Shown here: one piece after another, positions 46,036 through 54,515 of the stretch
How the letters are laid out: the number at the start of each line of letters is the position of its first letter
Numbering within the stretch: the first letter of the stretch is position 1
From: an uncultured Clostridia bacterium
GTDB lineage: Bacteria; Bacillota; Clostridia; Christensenellales; Borkfalkiaceae
Reading direction: 5' to 3'
Assembly: GCA_947245485.1 (NCBI GenBank)
Contig: CAMXOH010000001.1
Location: 1-63,820, forward strand
Length of the DNA: 63,820 nt
The notes under the pieces: generated by a model
The model's input: the letters and a program-made list of their open reading frames with translations, nothing else
The model's database searches: none
What the model was told of the DNA's origin: nothing
Position numbers and translations under genes: made by a program

Positions 46036-46893
46036 TTACTCCTTGACTGCTCCCGCAGCCATTCCGTTAATCATATATTTTACAAGACAGAAGTACAGCA
46101 CGATTATGGGTATCGCTATAAATATCGAACCCGCCGCAAACCGCGCGAACTCCGTTTCGCCCAGCGACATAAGTCCTACCGCAACCGTGTACAAGTCTTT
46201 ATCGATTAAAAGCATTTTAGGCAGTATGAAATCGGACCACGGCCACGTAAACGAAGTAAGAGCCGTATACACGAGCATAGGCTTAGACAGCGGAAGAATG
46301 AATTTCACGAACACGGTGAAGTTGGACGCGCCGTCGATTCTCGCCGCTTCGTCGATTGAATAAGGTATGGTATCGAAGAAACCTTTCTGCACCATATATC
46401 CCATTGGCGCCTGCGCAGAATATATGAGAATAAGTCCCCACTGCTGGTTAATAAGTTCGAACTGCGTCATTATGAGATAAACCGCGATTGTACCCATAAA
46501 CGACGGGAACATACCGAGAAGAAGAGTCGCCTTCATCATCGCTTTTCTCGTTTTGAAGCGGAAACGCGACATACAGTACGCCGTGAGTATGGTTAACAAA
46601 GTTCCCAGAACACAGCTCATAACGGCGATGAACAGCGTATTTAAAAACCAACGGGGATAGTTATACATAACGGTGTCCGTAAACAGCGCCTTGAACGCGT
46701 CGAACCCGTACGCCGTAGGGAAGAAGCCGTCGAACGAATAAATAGAACCCGACTTTGAAAACGAAGCGAGTATGAGCCACAGACAGGGGAAAAAGAATAT
46801 GAACGCAACGAGCAACAGTATGCAGTACGTTATAAGCGCGTCGAGAACTCTCTTGGATTTGGCTTTTAACACTTTTGACTTTGCCTTATTCAT
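46036..46893 (-). CDS. Maltodextrin-type ABC permease (MalG-like)
   Basis: 285 aa, 6 TM, EAA loop DEAARIDGASNFT. Confidence 0.9.
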   Translation of the reverse strand: MNKAKSKVLKAKSKRVLDALITYCILLLVAFIFFFPCLWLILASFSKSGSIYSFDGFFPTAYGFDAFKALFTDTVMYNYPRWFLNTLFIAVMSCVLGTLLTILTAYCMSRFRFKTRKAMMKATLLLGMFPSFMGTIAVYLIMTQFELINQQWGLILIYSAQAPMGYMVQKGFFDTIPYSIDEAARIDGASNFTVFVKFILPLSKPMLVYTALTSFTWPWSDFILPKMLLIDKDLYTVAVGLMSLGETEFARFAAGSIFIAIPIIVLYFCLVKYMINGMAAGAVKE

Positions 46894-48281
46894 CTGAACG
46901 TTTCCTCCTGTTTATACGACGGCGACAATACGTATACCGTCAGGGATATTGCCGAAGTAATTATGAATATTACAAGGCTTATTGCCGCGCCGATTGAATA
47001 ATAGTTATTGTCGATTGACATATTGTACAGCCAGTTAATCAACAGGTCGGTATCGCTTGCGAGGAAGTAACCGTCTACGTAAAGTCCGCCGCGCAGGAAG
47101 TAGAAAATTCCGAAATTATTGAAGTTGCCGATAAACTGTGAAATCAGTACGGGCGTGGTTGCAAAAAGTACGTAAGGAAGCGTTATTTTAACGAACTGTT
47201 TCCATGCGCTTGCGCCGTCCACGCGCGCCGCTTCGTAGAGGTCTGTGTTTAAATTGGATAATATACCCGTAGCCAAAAGCATTGTAGAGGGTATACTTAT
47301 CCAGGCGTTTACCGCAAGTCCTATGAATCTTGCCGTCCACTTGGCGTCGAGTCCGAGGAAACCTACCGCCGCGCCGCCGCCCTGCTGAATGTAATAGTTA
47401 ATCGGTCCGCCGTACGAGAACATAAATTTAAAGCCTAAAAGCGTTATGAACCCGGGAATAGCGTATGCGAGAATTGGAAAGGCGCGCCATATTGCTTTAC
47501 CTTTTACGCATTTCTTGTTCAGAAGGAGCGCAAGTCCGAGTCCCGCGAAATAATTCAGCGCGGTAGCAAGCACCGCCCAAACCATATTCCAACCGAAGAT
47601 TTTAAAGAACGTAGGCGCGAACTGCCCGAGCGACAGTATTTTTCCGAAGTTTTCAAAACCCGCCCAATCCACAAGCGCGGGCGGCACTATATCCCCGCCG
47701 TAGTTCGTGAACGCGATTAGTATCATAAAGACTATGGGCAGTATACTGAATACGCACACGCCTATGACGGGCAGAGCGAGCGCGGTTTTGTGGAAGTTTT
47801 TATCCAACAGCGAACCCGCTTCTTTCTTGAATCCGTCGGGTGTTTTAAGCGTGTCAAAAGCGCATTGGGTGCGGTATATGTCCTTGATATTCGCAATATA
47901 TACGGCTATGTACAGCACGATTATAAAAATTGCGAGTATGCCCATTATGAGCATAACAACCGAATTGTCGCCCTCTATTCCGTACCACGCGTTGCTTTCG
48001 CGCGAGCCGAGAGTGAAGAACCCGAACAAGTCGTTCGCGCCCGTCAGAACAAAGTAGACGATGAACGCCGCCTGTATGAACAGGAACATAAATCCCTTAA
48101 CCCACTGCTTGTAAATGAGCTGTCCGAGTCCCATAATCAGCATCGAAGCGGAAACCTTGCCGTTTCCCTGCGACAGAATTTCTTTTGCGCCGGCAAGCCT
48201 TTTCGAAACCTTAGACGGAACCGCCTTGATTTTCGCGGGTATCGAAGCGAAGAAGTTTTTACATTTCGTTATAACTTTCAT
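46890..48281 (-). CDS. Maltodextrin-type ABC permease (MalF-like)
   Basis: 463 aa, polytopic, EAA loop YEAARVDGASAWK. 4-nt overlap with the MalG-like gene. Confidence 0.9.
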   Translation of the reverse strand: MKVITKCKNFFASIPAKIKAVPSKVSKRLAGAKEILSQGNGKVSASMLIMGLGQLIYKQWVKGFMFLFIQAAFIVYFVLTGANDLFGFFTLGSRESNAWYGIEGDNSVVMLIMGILAIFIIVLYIAVYIANIKDIYRTQCAFDTLKTPDGFKKEAGSLLDKNFHKTALALPVIGVCVFSILPIVFMILIAFTNYGGDIVPPALVDWAGFENFGKILSLGQFAPTFFKIFGWNMVWAVLATALNYFAGLGLALLLNKKCVKGKAIWRAFPILAYAIPGFITLLGFKFMFSYGGPINYYIQQGGGAAVGFLGLDAKWTARFIGLAVNAWISIPSTMLLATGILSNLNTDLYEAARVDGASAWKQFVKITLPYVLFATTPVLISQFIGNFNNFGIFYFLRGGLYVDGYFLASDTDLLINWLYNMSIDNNYYSIGAAISLVIFIITSAISLTVYVLSPSYKQEETFR

Positions 48282-48297
48282 TTTCCCTTTCCTCCGT

Positions 48298-49734
48298 TTA
48301 CGAACCGCTTAAAGTGTGTATCGAGTCGTATATCTGCTTATCTACGTTTTCAAGTCCCTTTTTCATTGCTTCCAAAGTAGTAAAAGCGTTTTTGCCCGTA
48401 AGCGCGTCGTCGGCAAGCCTTGCGCAGTAAGTCTGCAAGGGCGTCCACACCTGCCCCAACGCCCTGACGCTAGGCATAACGTAAACCAAACCCGAAGCGA
48501 GATTTTCGTTTATAGTCTGATTGAGTCCGCCGAGTACTTCCGCCAAATCGCTTCTTGCAGGCGATATGCCGAGAAGAGCGCTTCGTCTTTCGAGCATCTT
48601 ATAGGAAGTGGCGAAGTTAACGAACGCGAGCGCGGCGTTGGGTGCTTTCGTGTAAGAACTGATTGCGTAGCCGTTTACGCCGCCCATAACCGTCATATCC
48701 TTGAAACCTTGGCTTTCGTCCTCCAAATCGCCGCTGACGGGCAGTTTGGGTACGTCCACGGTCTTTATGTTTTCAAGCGCGTACTCCTCTGTATAACCCG
48801 CGTTAACCATCTCTTTTATGAACAGGGTGTATACGTCGGGAGTAGTCATAGTCGCAAAGTATGTTCCCTGCGCCATACGCGAATAGGAGTTTCTCGTAAT
48901 CGTATCTTCGGTGCATTCGAGGTTCATAACGGTAGCGAGCTGGCGTATTATCCTTGCGCCGTTTACTCCGTCGTTTTTGGAAAAACCTATATCCTTGGTG
49001 TCCTTGCCGTCTTCGCCGCCGAACACGTATCCGCCGTAGGATAAGAAATATCCCGAAGCGAAGTATCCGTCGTTAAGCGACTTCATATATCCGTATTTGC
49101 TTCCGCCGCTGTCTCTCCTTATCTGCTGTGAATAGCGGTACATTGCAGACCAGTTTTCTATGACGTCGGGTACGCCGTTCTTATCGTCGTCCCACTCCGT
49201 CCGCCAGTTTTCGGGAAGCAAATCCGCCCTGTAATACAGCAGCGGCTGCTGAATATTTACGGGAACGCCGAACGTATATTCCTGCCCCATAGCCTGCGCC
49301 TTATACGCCGCCCATGCCTTTTCGCCTATAAATTCATAACAGTCGAGTTCCTCGACGGGAAGCGGCAGAATATGTTTGCCGTCTACGTATTTCATCAAAG
49401 CATCGTTCGCCTGATACAGAACGTCGGGGCCGTAGCCGAAAGGTCCGCCCGTTTCCAAATCGGTATACTGGTCCATATTCGCGTCCACTGCTTTTATGCC
49501 GTATTCGGCATACTCGGCGTTGAACGCGTCGAGCAGTTCCTTTAAATATCCCTGTTCTTTCGCCGTATCGTTTTCGAGAATGCGCAAAGTCACGTTGCGT
49601 TCGAGTTCGCCAGTGAATTTTTCTTTGGCGGCGGCAGATACGTTTGCCGCGATTAAGCCGAGCACGCCCATAACGATAATCAAAGCGAGAACTACCGCTA
49701 CGTGCGAAAATACGACTGCAATATTTCTTTTCAT
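48298..49734 (-). CDS. Maltodextrin-binding protein-like solute-binding protein with N-terminal signal/anchor lacking a lipobox Cys
   Basis: 478 aa. The hydrophobic N-terminus VAVVLALIIVMGVLGLIAANVSA has no Cys. The core is MalE-like. Confidence 0.85.
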   Translation of the reverse strand: MKRNIAVVFSHVAVVLALIIVMGVLGLIAANVSAAAKEKFTGELERNVTLRILENDTAKEQGYLKELLDAFNAEYAEYGIKAVDANMDQYTDLETGGPFGYGPDVLYQANDALMKYVDGKHILPLPVEELDCYEFIGEKAWAAYKAQAMGQEYTFGVPVNIQQPLLYYRADLLPENWRTEWDDDKNGVPDVIENWSAMYRYSQQIRRDSGGSKYGYMKSLNDGYFASGYFLSYGGYVFGGEDGKDTKDIGFSKNDGVNGARIIRQLATVMNLECTEDTITRNSYSRMAQGTYFATMTTPDVYTLFIKEMVNAGYTEEYALENIKTVDVPKLPVSGDLEDESQGFKDMTVMGGVNGYAISSYTKAPNAALAFVNFATSYKMLERRSALLGISPARSDLAEVLGGLNQTINENLASGLVYVMPSVRALGQVWTPLQTYCARLADDALTGKNAFTTLEAMKKGLENVDKQIYDSIHTLSGS

Positions 49735-49761
49735 CGAATCCTCCCCTTTTTTATTTAATGT

Positions 49762-51432
49762 TTACCCGCAGACGACGGCGAAACCGCCGCAACCGAGCAC
49801 GCCGTTTTTGTATTCGGCGCAACATATTACCGAGTCAAACGGTTTTTTTACCGCCTTTTCGCTTTCGTTTATTATAAGTTTATATTTGCCGCGCTCTGCA
49901 AAAAGCAAACCGTCTTTTTCATAAATTTTAACTTCCGCGCCGTTGAAAGCGGGAATGAGTTTGAGCGCCGACAGGCTTTTTACTAGCGACTTGACGGGGT
50001 TATCCTTTTTCTCTTCGTCCCAGTCGAAAGTCCTGCGGCAGTCGGGGTCGTATCCCCCTTCCATTGCGTTTTCCGTGCCGTAATATATGCAGGGCGCGCC
50101 GCGGAAAAAGAAGGTAAGCGCAAGCGCGCTCATCAGCTTATTCACATCGCCGTTCACCCGCGTGAGAAATCTGTGCGTATCGTGCGAATCGAGCAGGTTG
50201 AGCATCATATCGTTAACGGTGTCGGTATTTCTCATCAAAATTTCGTTCAGCTTGCAAGCCATATCTTGCGCGTTGTACGCGCCGAAAGCATAGAAGTCCA
50301 GACATGCTTTCGTAAAGGCATAGTTCATAATCGAATCGAACTGCTCGCCCCTTAAATACACGTTTGCGTCGTGCCAGTTTTCGCCGATAAGAACGCAGTC
50401 CGCCTTCAAAGACTTGACGGCTTTTCTGAACGCGCGCCAGAAATCGTGCGAAACTTCGTCCGATACGTCCAGACGCCAACCGTCGATATTATACTCCTTT
50501 ATCCAGTATTCCGCAATGCCTATCAGAAATTTTGTAACTTCGGGATTGGAAGTATTGAACTTCGGCATATACTTGCAGGAAGCGAAACACTCGTACTCGA
50601 ACGGTTCGTCTTTCGTAACGACGAACCAATCGTAATACTTTGAATTTCTGCCGTTCTTTTTTACATCCTTAAATTCTTTAAGTTCCTCGCTGCAATGATT
50701 GAACACCGCGTCCAGAACCACTTTAATGCCTTTGCCGTGCGCCCTGTCGATTAGTTCTTTAAGTTCCGCGTTACTGCCGAAACTCTTGTCGATTTCATAA
50801 TAGTCGCTTATGTCGTACTTATGGTTGGAAACCGAGCGGAACACGGGCGTTAAATACAGCGCATTTACGCCGAGGCTTTTTATGTAGTCGAGTTTTTGGG
50901 TTATTCCCGCTATATCTCCGCCGGCAAAACTCTTCGGGTCGGGTTTTTCGCCCCACTTCAAATTGATATAGCTTTTATCTTTACAAGTATTGCCCATATT
51001 GAATCTTTCTACGAATATCTGATAGAACACCGCGCCGTTCATCCATTTGACGGGCGGCATTACGTCCGCGCTGTTTATGTAAGCGTACTGGAAACAGTTG
51101 TAGTAACTCAGCTCGAAATCGAATTTCTCTGTAAGTCCGTCCTCGGAAAAGTAATAAACTTTCCCGCCGCATGTTATTTTGAACACGTATACGAAACGTA
51201 AATCCGTAAGATTCAGCGTGACTGTGTAGTAGGCGAAAAGTCTGTCCTCGTACGCGCGTTGCATCTCAGCCGTCCGGCGTTCGCACGCGTACGAATATTT
51301 CCCACCGTAAATCACTTTGATTTCGTCCGGAAAATCATTTTTGGAAATTCTGAGTCTTAGACAGATTTCGTCGGGACGCAAGGCGAAGCAGAATTTTGAT
51401 TCGGGGAAATGTAATATTGCGTTTTCTTCCAT
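49762..51432 (-). CDS. GH13 alpha-amylase family enzyme (neopullulanase/cyclomaltodextrinase-like)
   Basis: GH13 regions DAVFNH, GWRLDV, IGENW and LDSHD, plus an N-terminal E-set-like domain. AAGGAG RBS. Confidence 0.9.
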   Translation of the reverse strand: MEENAILHFPESKFCFALRPDEICLRLRISKNDFPDEIKVIYGGKYSYACERRTAEMQRAYEDRLFAYYTVTLNLTDLRFVYVFKITCGGKVYYFSEDGLTEKFDFELSYYNCFQYAYINSADVMPPVKWMNGAVFYQIFVERFNMGNTCKDKSYINLKWGEKPDPKSFAGGDIAGITQKLDYIKSLGVNALYLTPVFRSVSNHKYDISDYYEIDKSFGSNAELKELIDRAHGKGIKVVLDAVFNHCSEELKEFKDVKKNGRNSKYYDWFVVTKDEPFEYECFASCKYMPKFNTSNPEVTKFLIGIAEYWIKEYNIDGWRLDVSDEVSHDFWRAFRKAVKSLKADCVLIGENWHDANVYLRGEQFDSIMNYAFTKACLDFYAFGAYNAQDMACKLNEILMRNTDTVNDMMLNLLDSHDTHRFLTRVNGDVNKLMSALALTFFFRGAPCIYYGTENAMEGGYDPDCRRTFDWDEEKKDNPVKSLVKSLSALKLIPAFNGAEVKIYEKDGLLFAERGKYKLIINESEKAVKKPFDSVICCAEYKNGVLGCGGFAVVCG

Positions 51433-51448
51433 GCCGAACTCCTTTATA

Positions 51449-51477
51449 TTGACATTTTTTATTATTACTGGTATAAT
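51449..51477 (+). promoter_or_regulatory. Consensus sigma-70 promoter of the LacI-family gene (predicts a leaderless mRNA)
   Basis: TTGACA (51449-51454), 17 nt, TATAAT (51472-51477). The ATG is at 51485, with no SD between. Confidence 0.65.
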
Positions 51478-51484
51478 TACCGAT

Positions 51485-52270
51485 ATGGAAAAAAGAATTA
51501 CGATACACGATATCGCGCGCGAAGCGGGCGTTTCCGCCGCGACTGTTTCCTACGTAATCAACAATACGCAGGGGCAGTCCATAAGCGAGGAAACGAAAAA
51601 CAAAATCTGGCACGTCATTAATATGCTTAATTACAAGCCGAACGTTTTCGCAAAAAATCTGCGTTCGTCGAGTTCGAAGCTGATTGCCGTCTGCACGGAA
51701 AGCAGAAGCAATATCGAAAAAGCCGAATTTCTGAACGTTATCGAGGAACTTTCCGTCTGTTTGAGGGAGGACTTCGATTTGATTTTTTACACGCCGCCCT
51801 ACGGAAGAATTACCAACGCCGACGCGATAATCGCGTACAACGTTTCAAAAGAGAAATTCTATGAAATAGGCAATAAGAACTACATACCGCTTATCGCAGT
51901 AAACTGTCTTGTGGAAGACAAGCTCTTTTTCCAAATCACCGCCGACTATGCGCGGCTTAACCGTTCCGCCGAAGAATATTTCAAAGACGAATACTGTTTC
52001 GTCTGCCATACTCCCGCCGACGCCTGCTTAAAGGACGAAATATCGCGCACCTTTGAAAACGTTGCGTTTATCGACAGTGCGGACGACTTGTTAAATATTA
52101 AATTCAAAAACATTTTGACTGTAAGCGGAATAATCGCCGATTTAATGAAAAGTTTGAAAATAAACCTTCTTTACGAAAATTTATACTCGCCCGTATGCAG
52201 GCAAACCGCGGAATGCGTCAATAAGGCGCTCAGCCGCGAAAAGTTCGACGTACATTCTTATAAGGTATAA
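51485..52270 (+). CDS. Short LacI-family transcriptional regulator (261 aa)
   Basis: MEKRITIHDIAREAGVSAATVSYVINN is a LacI HTH. The upstream part of the ORF-track ORF (from 51317) is antisense to the GH13 gene and is rejected. Confidence 0.85.
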   Translation: MEKRITIHDIAREAGVSAATVSYVINNTQGQSISEETKNKIWHVINMLNYKPNVFAKNLRSSSSKLIAVCTESRSNIEKAEFLNVIEELSVCLREDFDLIFYTPPYGRITNADAIIAYNVSKEKFYEIGNKNYIPLIAVNCLVEDKLFFQITADYARLNRSAEEYFKDEYCFVCHTPADACLKDEISRTFENVAFIDSADDLLNIKFKNILTVSGIIADLMKSLKINLLYENLYSPVCRQTAECVNKALSREKFDVHSYKV

Positions 52271-52316
52271 ATTAAGGCTTTACCCCGCGCATATGTGCCG
52301 TTTAATTAAATTGAAC

Positions 52317-52349
52317 AGCGGGCGTTCGTCACGAACGCCCGCTTTTTTC
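52317..52349 (+). terminator. Terminator after the LacI-family gene
   Basis: 13-bp arms AGCGGGCGTTCGT / ACGAACGCCCGCT, followed by TTTTTT. Confidence 0.85.
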
Positions 52350-52364
52350 GCCGCGATTACGAGC

Positions 52365-54206
52365 CTATGCGTTTGTTACCGCGTAAAAATCAATGTTGCC
52401 CGATTCTTTATCGTAAACTATTTTGTAAGTACCTGCCTTAGAGCATTTAAAGTTAGTGCCGTCTTCGGGAGTGAAATCGGAATTTGCGTCGCCGCTCGTT
52501 CCAATCGCGTCTACTCCCAAATAATCGCCGTATCCCGTGTTTCCGCCCTTCGGATATTTAGCAAATCCGAACTCCACTGCCTTTCCGTCTTCAACCGTAA
52601 GGGTGTATTCGTATTTGGTTTCGTCCGCGGAAATCGTCATAACATAATCTTTTGAAAAGTTGTGCGCCCAACCGTTTACGTTTGCGCCCTTGATATAAAT
52701 GTCGAGATTATCCGCCGACTGTTTCAGAATAGTAATTATTTTGGAATACGTGTCGAACGTTATATCGTACGTTCCGTCCGCTGCGGTTTTGATATTCGTT
52801 CCGCCTTCGGGTTTTACGAAATCCGTTCCGCCGCCTACGAGATTGTCGTAAGAATAATTGCCCTTTCCGTTGTCCCACGTAAGTTCGGTTGTGCCCGCCG
52901 CATAGGAGCGGATAACAAGTTCGTTGCCCGCTTTAAGCTGGACGCCGCTAATAGTGTATACGCCCGAACCCTCTTCCGTTTCGGTGAATTTGTGCGCCGC
53001 CATATTTGCCGGTTTCATAAAGTCGCCCCAAGTTCCGCCGCCGTACGTTCCGTCGAGATAGAAGTCGCGCGCCGCGGGAACCTTGCTTACATCTAACGTA
53101 GCCGAGAGTTTTGCCGCCGTAGGTTCGGCTGCGGGAACGTACGTGAACGTATAAGTTCCGCTTGCCTTTGCTATGATATCGCCGTTGGGTCTTTGGTCGA
53201 ACAGCGCTTTGCTTGCATCGTCAAGATTGTTTCCTCTAATGAAAGCCGTACCGTCGGAAACTTCCGTTCCGATAGTATTGCGGGAAATGAACATAAACAC
53301 GTCGTTTGCTTTGAGATATACTTCGAGAGTATAAACGCCGTCGTTTTTGCTCATTTTCGTGGAAGCGTTATAAACGTTCTGCCACTTGGTAATGTGTTCG
53401 CCCTTGATATAGAAATCGGTTTCTACTTCGACTTCCTGCGAAACGTCGCCGTTGCGTACCCATTTGATTTTATCGAGAGGGTTGTAGTTGAAGTTTTCTT
53501 TGCTTTCTTCCGTATACTGCGAATGTTCGGTTTCGTACTTGTCGTCGTCGGGATGAGTGGAGAGCGTGAAAGTATAATTGCCCGCGAGTTCGCACTTGAT
53601 ATTCAGTCTGTAATCGGGGTTATCGCCGATTGTGCTCGAACCGCTGAACGCAACCCTTCCGTCCGCAAGTTTCATTGTTTCGAGATAGCCTACGCCGCGC
53701 TGATTTTTCCAATCCGTGTCGATTGCAAACTGGAATTCGTCGCCCTTGTTTAAGTCCGTGGTAAACGAATACTCGTTTTTGCCGTCGGCTTTACTCATTT
53801 TCATCGTGCTGTCGATATGCTTGCCCCAGTTGCTGTTTTTAAGTATGGGACTCGTGCCGCTTCCCACAATGTAATATTCGCGGGTATCCACGCTTTGATT
53901 AGCTGAAACCCACTGCGCGAATGCGGATTTATCTTCCGTTATTGCCGTTTCGAAGTCAAATTTGTGTACGAAATTAGGGGTAGCGAACCAATCGACGAAA
54001 ACATAATCCGTCTTTGACGGCGTCCACTTCGTCGCCTTTTCGCCCTCTTTTACTTTTTGTTCCCGCAATGCTGTATTGCCGTCATAATAAGTTACGGTAT
54101 ATTCTTTTGTTTCAGGTTCTTTATCGCAGGCGGCAAGCAATGAAACCGAAGTTACACATACCGCCGAAGCAAGCACGATACCGAGCCATTTAGTTGCTTT
54201 TCTCAT
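52365..54206 (-). CDS. Surface lipoprotein with a Listeria-Bacteroides-type repeat and four about 110-aa beta-rich modules (putative glucan-binding)
   Basis: Lipobox LLAAC. YTVTYYDGN...KATKWTPSKTDYVFVDWF. Modules start YYIVGSG, DFYIKGE, DFYLDGT and DIYIKGA. GAGGTGG RBS. Confidence 0.8.
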   Translation of the reverse strand: MRKATKWLGIVLASAVCVTSVSLLAACDKEPETKEYTVTYYDGNTALREQKVKEGEKATKWTPSKTDYVFVDWFATPNFVHKFDFETAITEDKSAFAQWVSANQSVDTREYYIVGSGTSPILKNSNWGKHIDSTMKMSKADGKNEYSFTTDLNKGDEFQFAIDTDWKNQRGVGYLETMKLADGRVAFSGSSTIGDNPDYRLNIKCELAGNYTFTLSTHPDDDKYETEHSQYTEESKENFNYNPLDKIKWVRNGDVSQEVEVETDFYIKGEHITKWQNVYNASTKMSKNDGVYTLEVYLKANDVFMFISRNTIGTEVSDGTAFIRGNNLDDASKALFDQRPNGDIIAKASGTYTFTYVPAAEPTAAKLSATLDVSKVPAARDFYLDGTYGGGTWGDFMKPANMAAHKFTETEEGSGVYTISGVQLKAGNELVIRSYAAGTTELTWDNGKGNYSYDNLVGGGTDFVKPEGGTNIKTAADGTYDITFDTYSKIITILKQSADNLDIYIKGANVNGWAHNFSKDYVMTISADETKYEYTLTVEDGKAVEFGFAKYPKGGNTGYGDYLGVDAIGTSGDANSDFTPEDGTNFKCSKAGTYKIVYDKESGNIDFYAVTNA

Positions 54207-54238
54207 CTTTCCACCTCACAATTTTTTACGGTTTTTTT

Positions 54239-54254
54239 ACTTAACCGATTAAGT
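54239..54254. promoter_or_regulatory. LacI-type operator candidate ACTTAACCGATTAAGT
   Basis: 6-bp perfect arms ACTTAA/TTAAGT around a central CG. It overlaps the predicted transcription start of the lipoprotein gene. Confidence 0.5.
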
Positions 54255-54256
54255 AG

Positions 54257-54285
54257 ATTATAGTACGCTTACTTGCATTTGTCAA
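54257..54285 (-). promoter_or_regulatory. Consensus sigma-70 promoter of the lipoprotein gene
   Basis: Minus strand: TTGACA (54280-54285), 17 nt, TATAAT (54257-54262). Confidence 0.65.
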
Positions 54286-54404
54286 TACATTTTTTAAAAA
54301 TTTTTTATAACAAACAAATAATGTTATAATTTTTCAAATGCGCAAACTTAATCTTTGCGAAAAGATAAAATGAAGACGGCTTAAAACCGCATAAAAACTA
54401 TCCG

Positions 54405-54449
54405 AAACCGAAAAGTAAAACGGCGCAGAGCAATCCCTCAACGCCGTTT
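54405..54449 (-). terminator. Terminator after the GLUG-protein gene
   Basis: Stem AAACGGCG / CGCCGTTT (54418-54449) with a 15-16-nt loop, followed on the minus strand by TACTTTTCGGTTTC. Confidence 0.5.
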
Positions 54450-54515
54450 ATAAATTTCCGCTTAAATAAAATTTATTCTAATAGATATTTATTCATTTAT
54501 CCAGTAGAACCTTTT

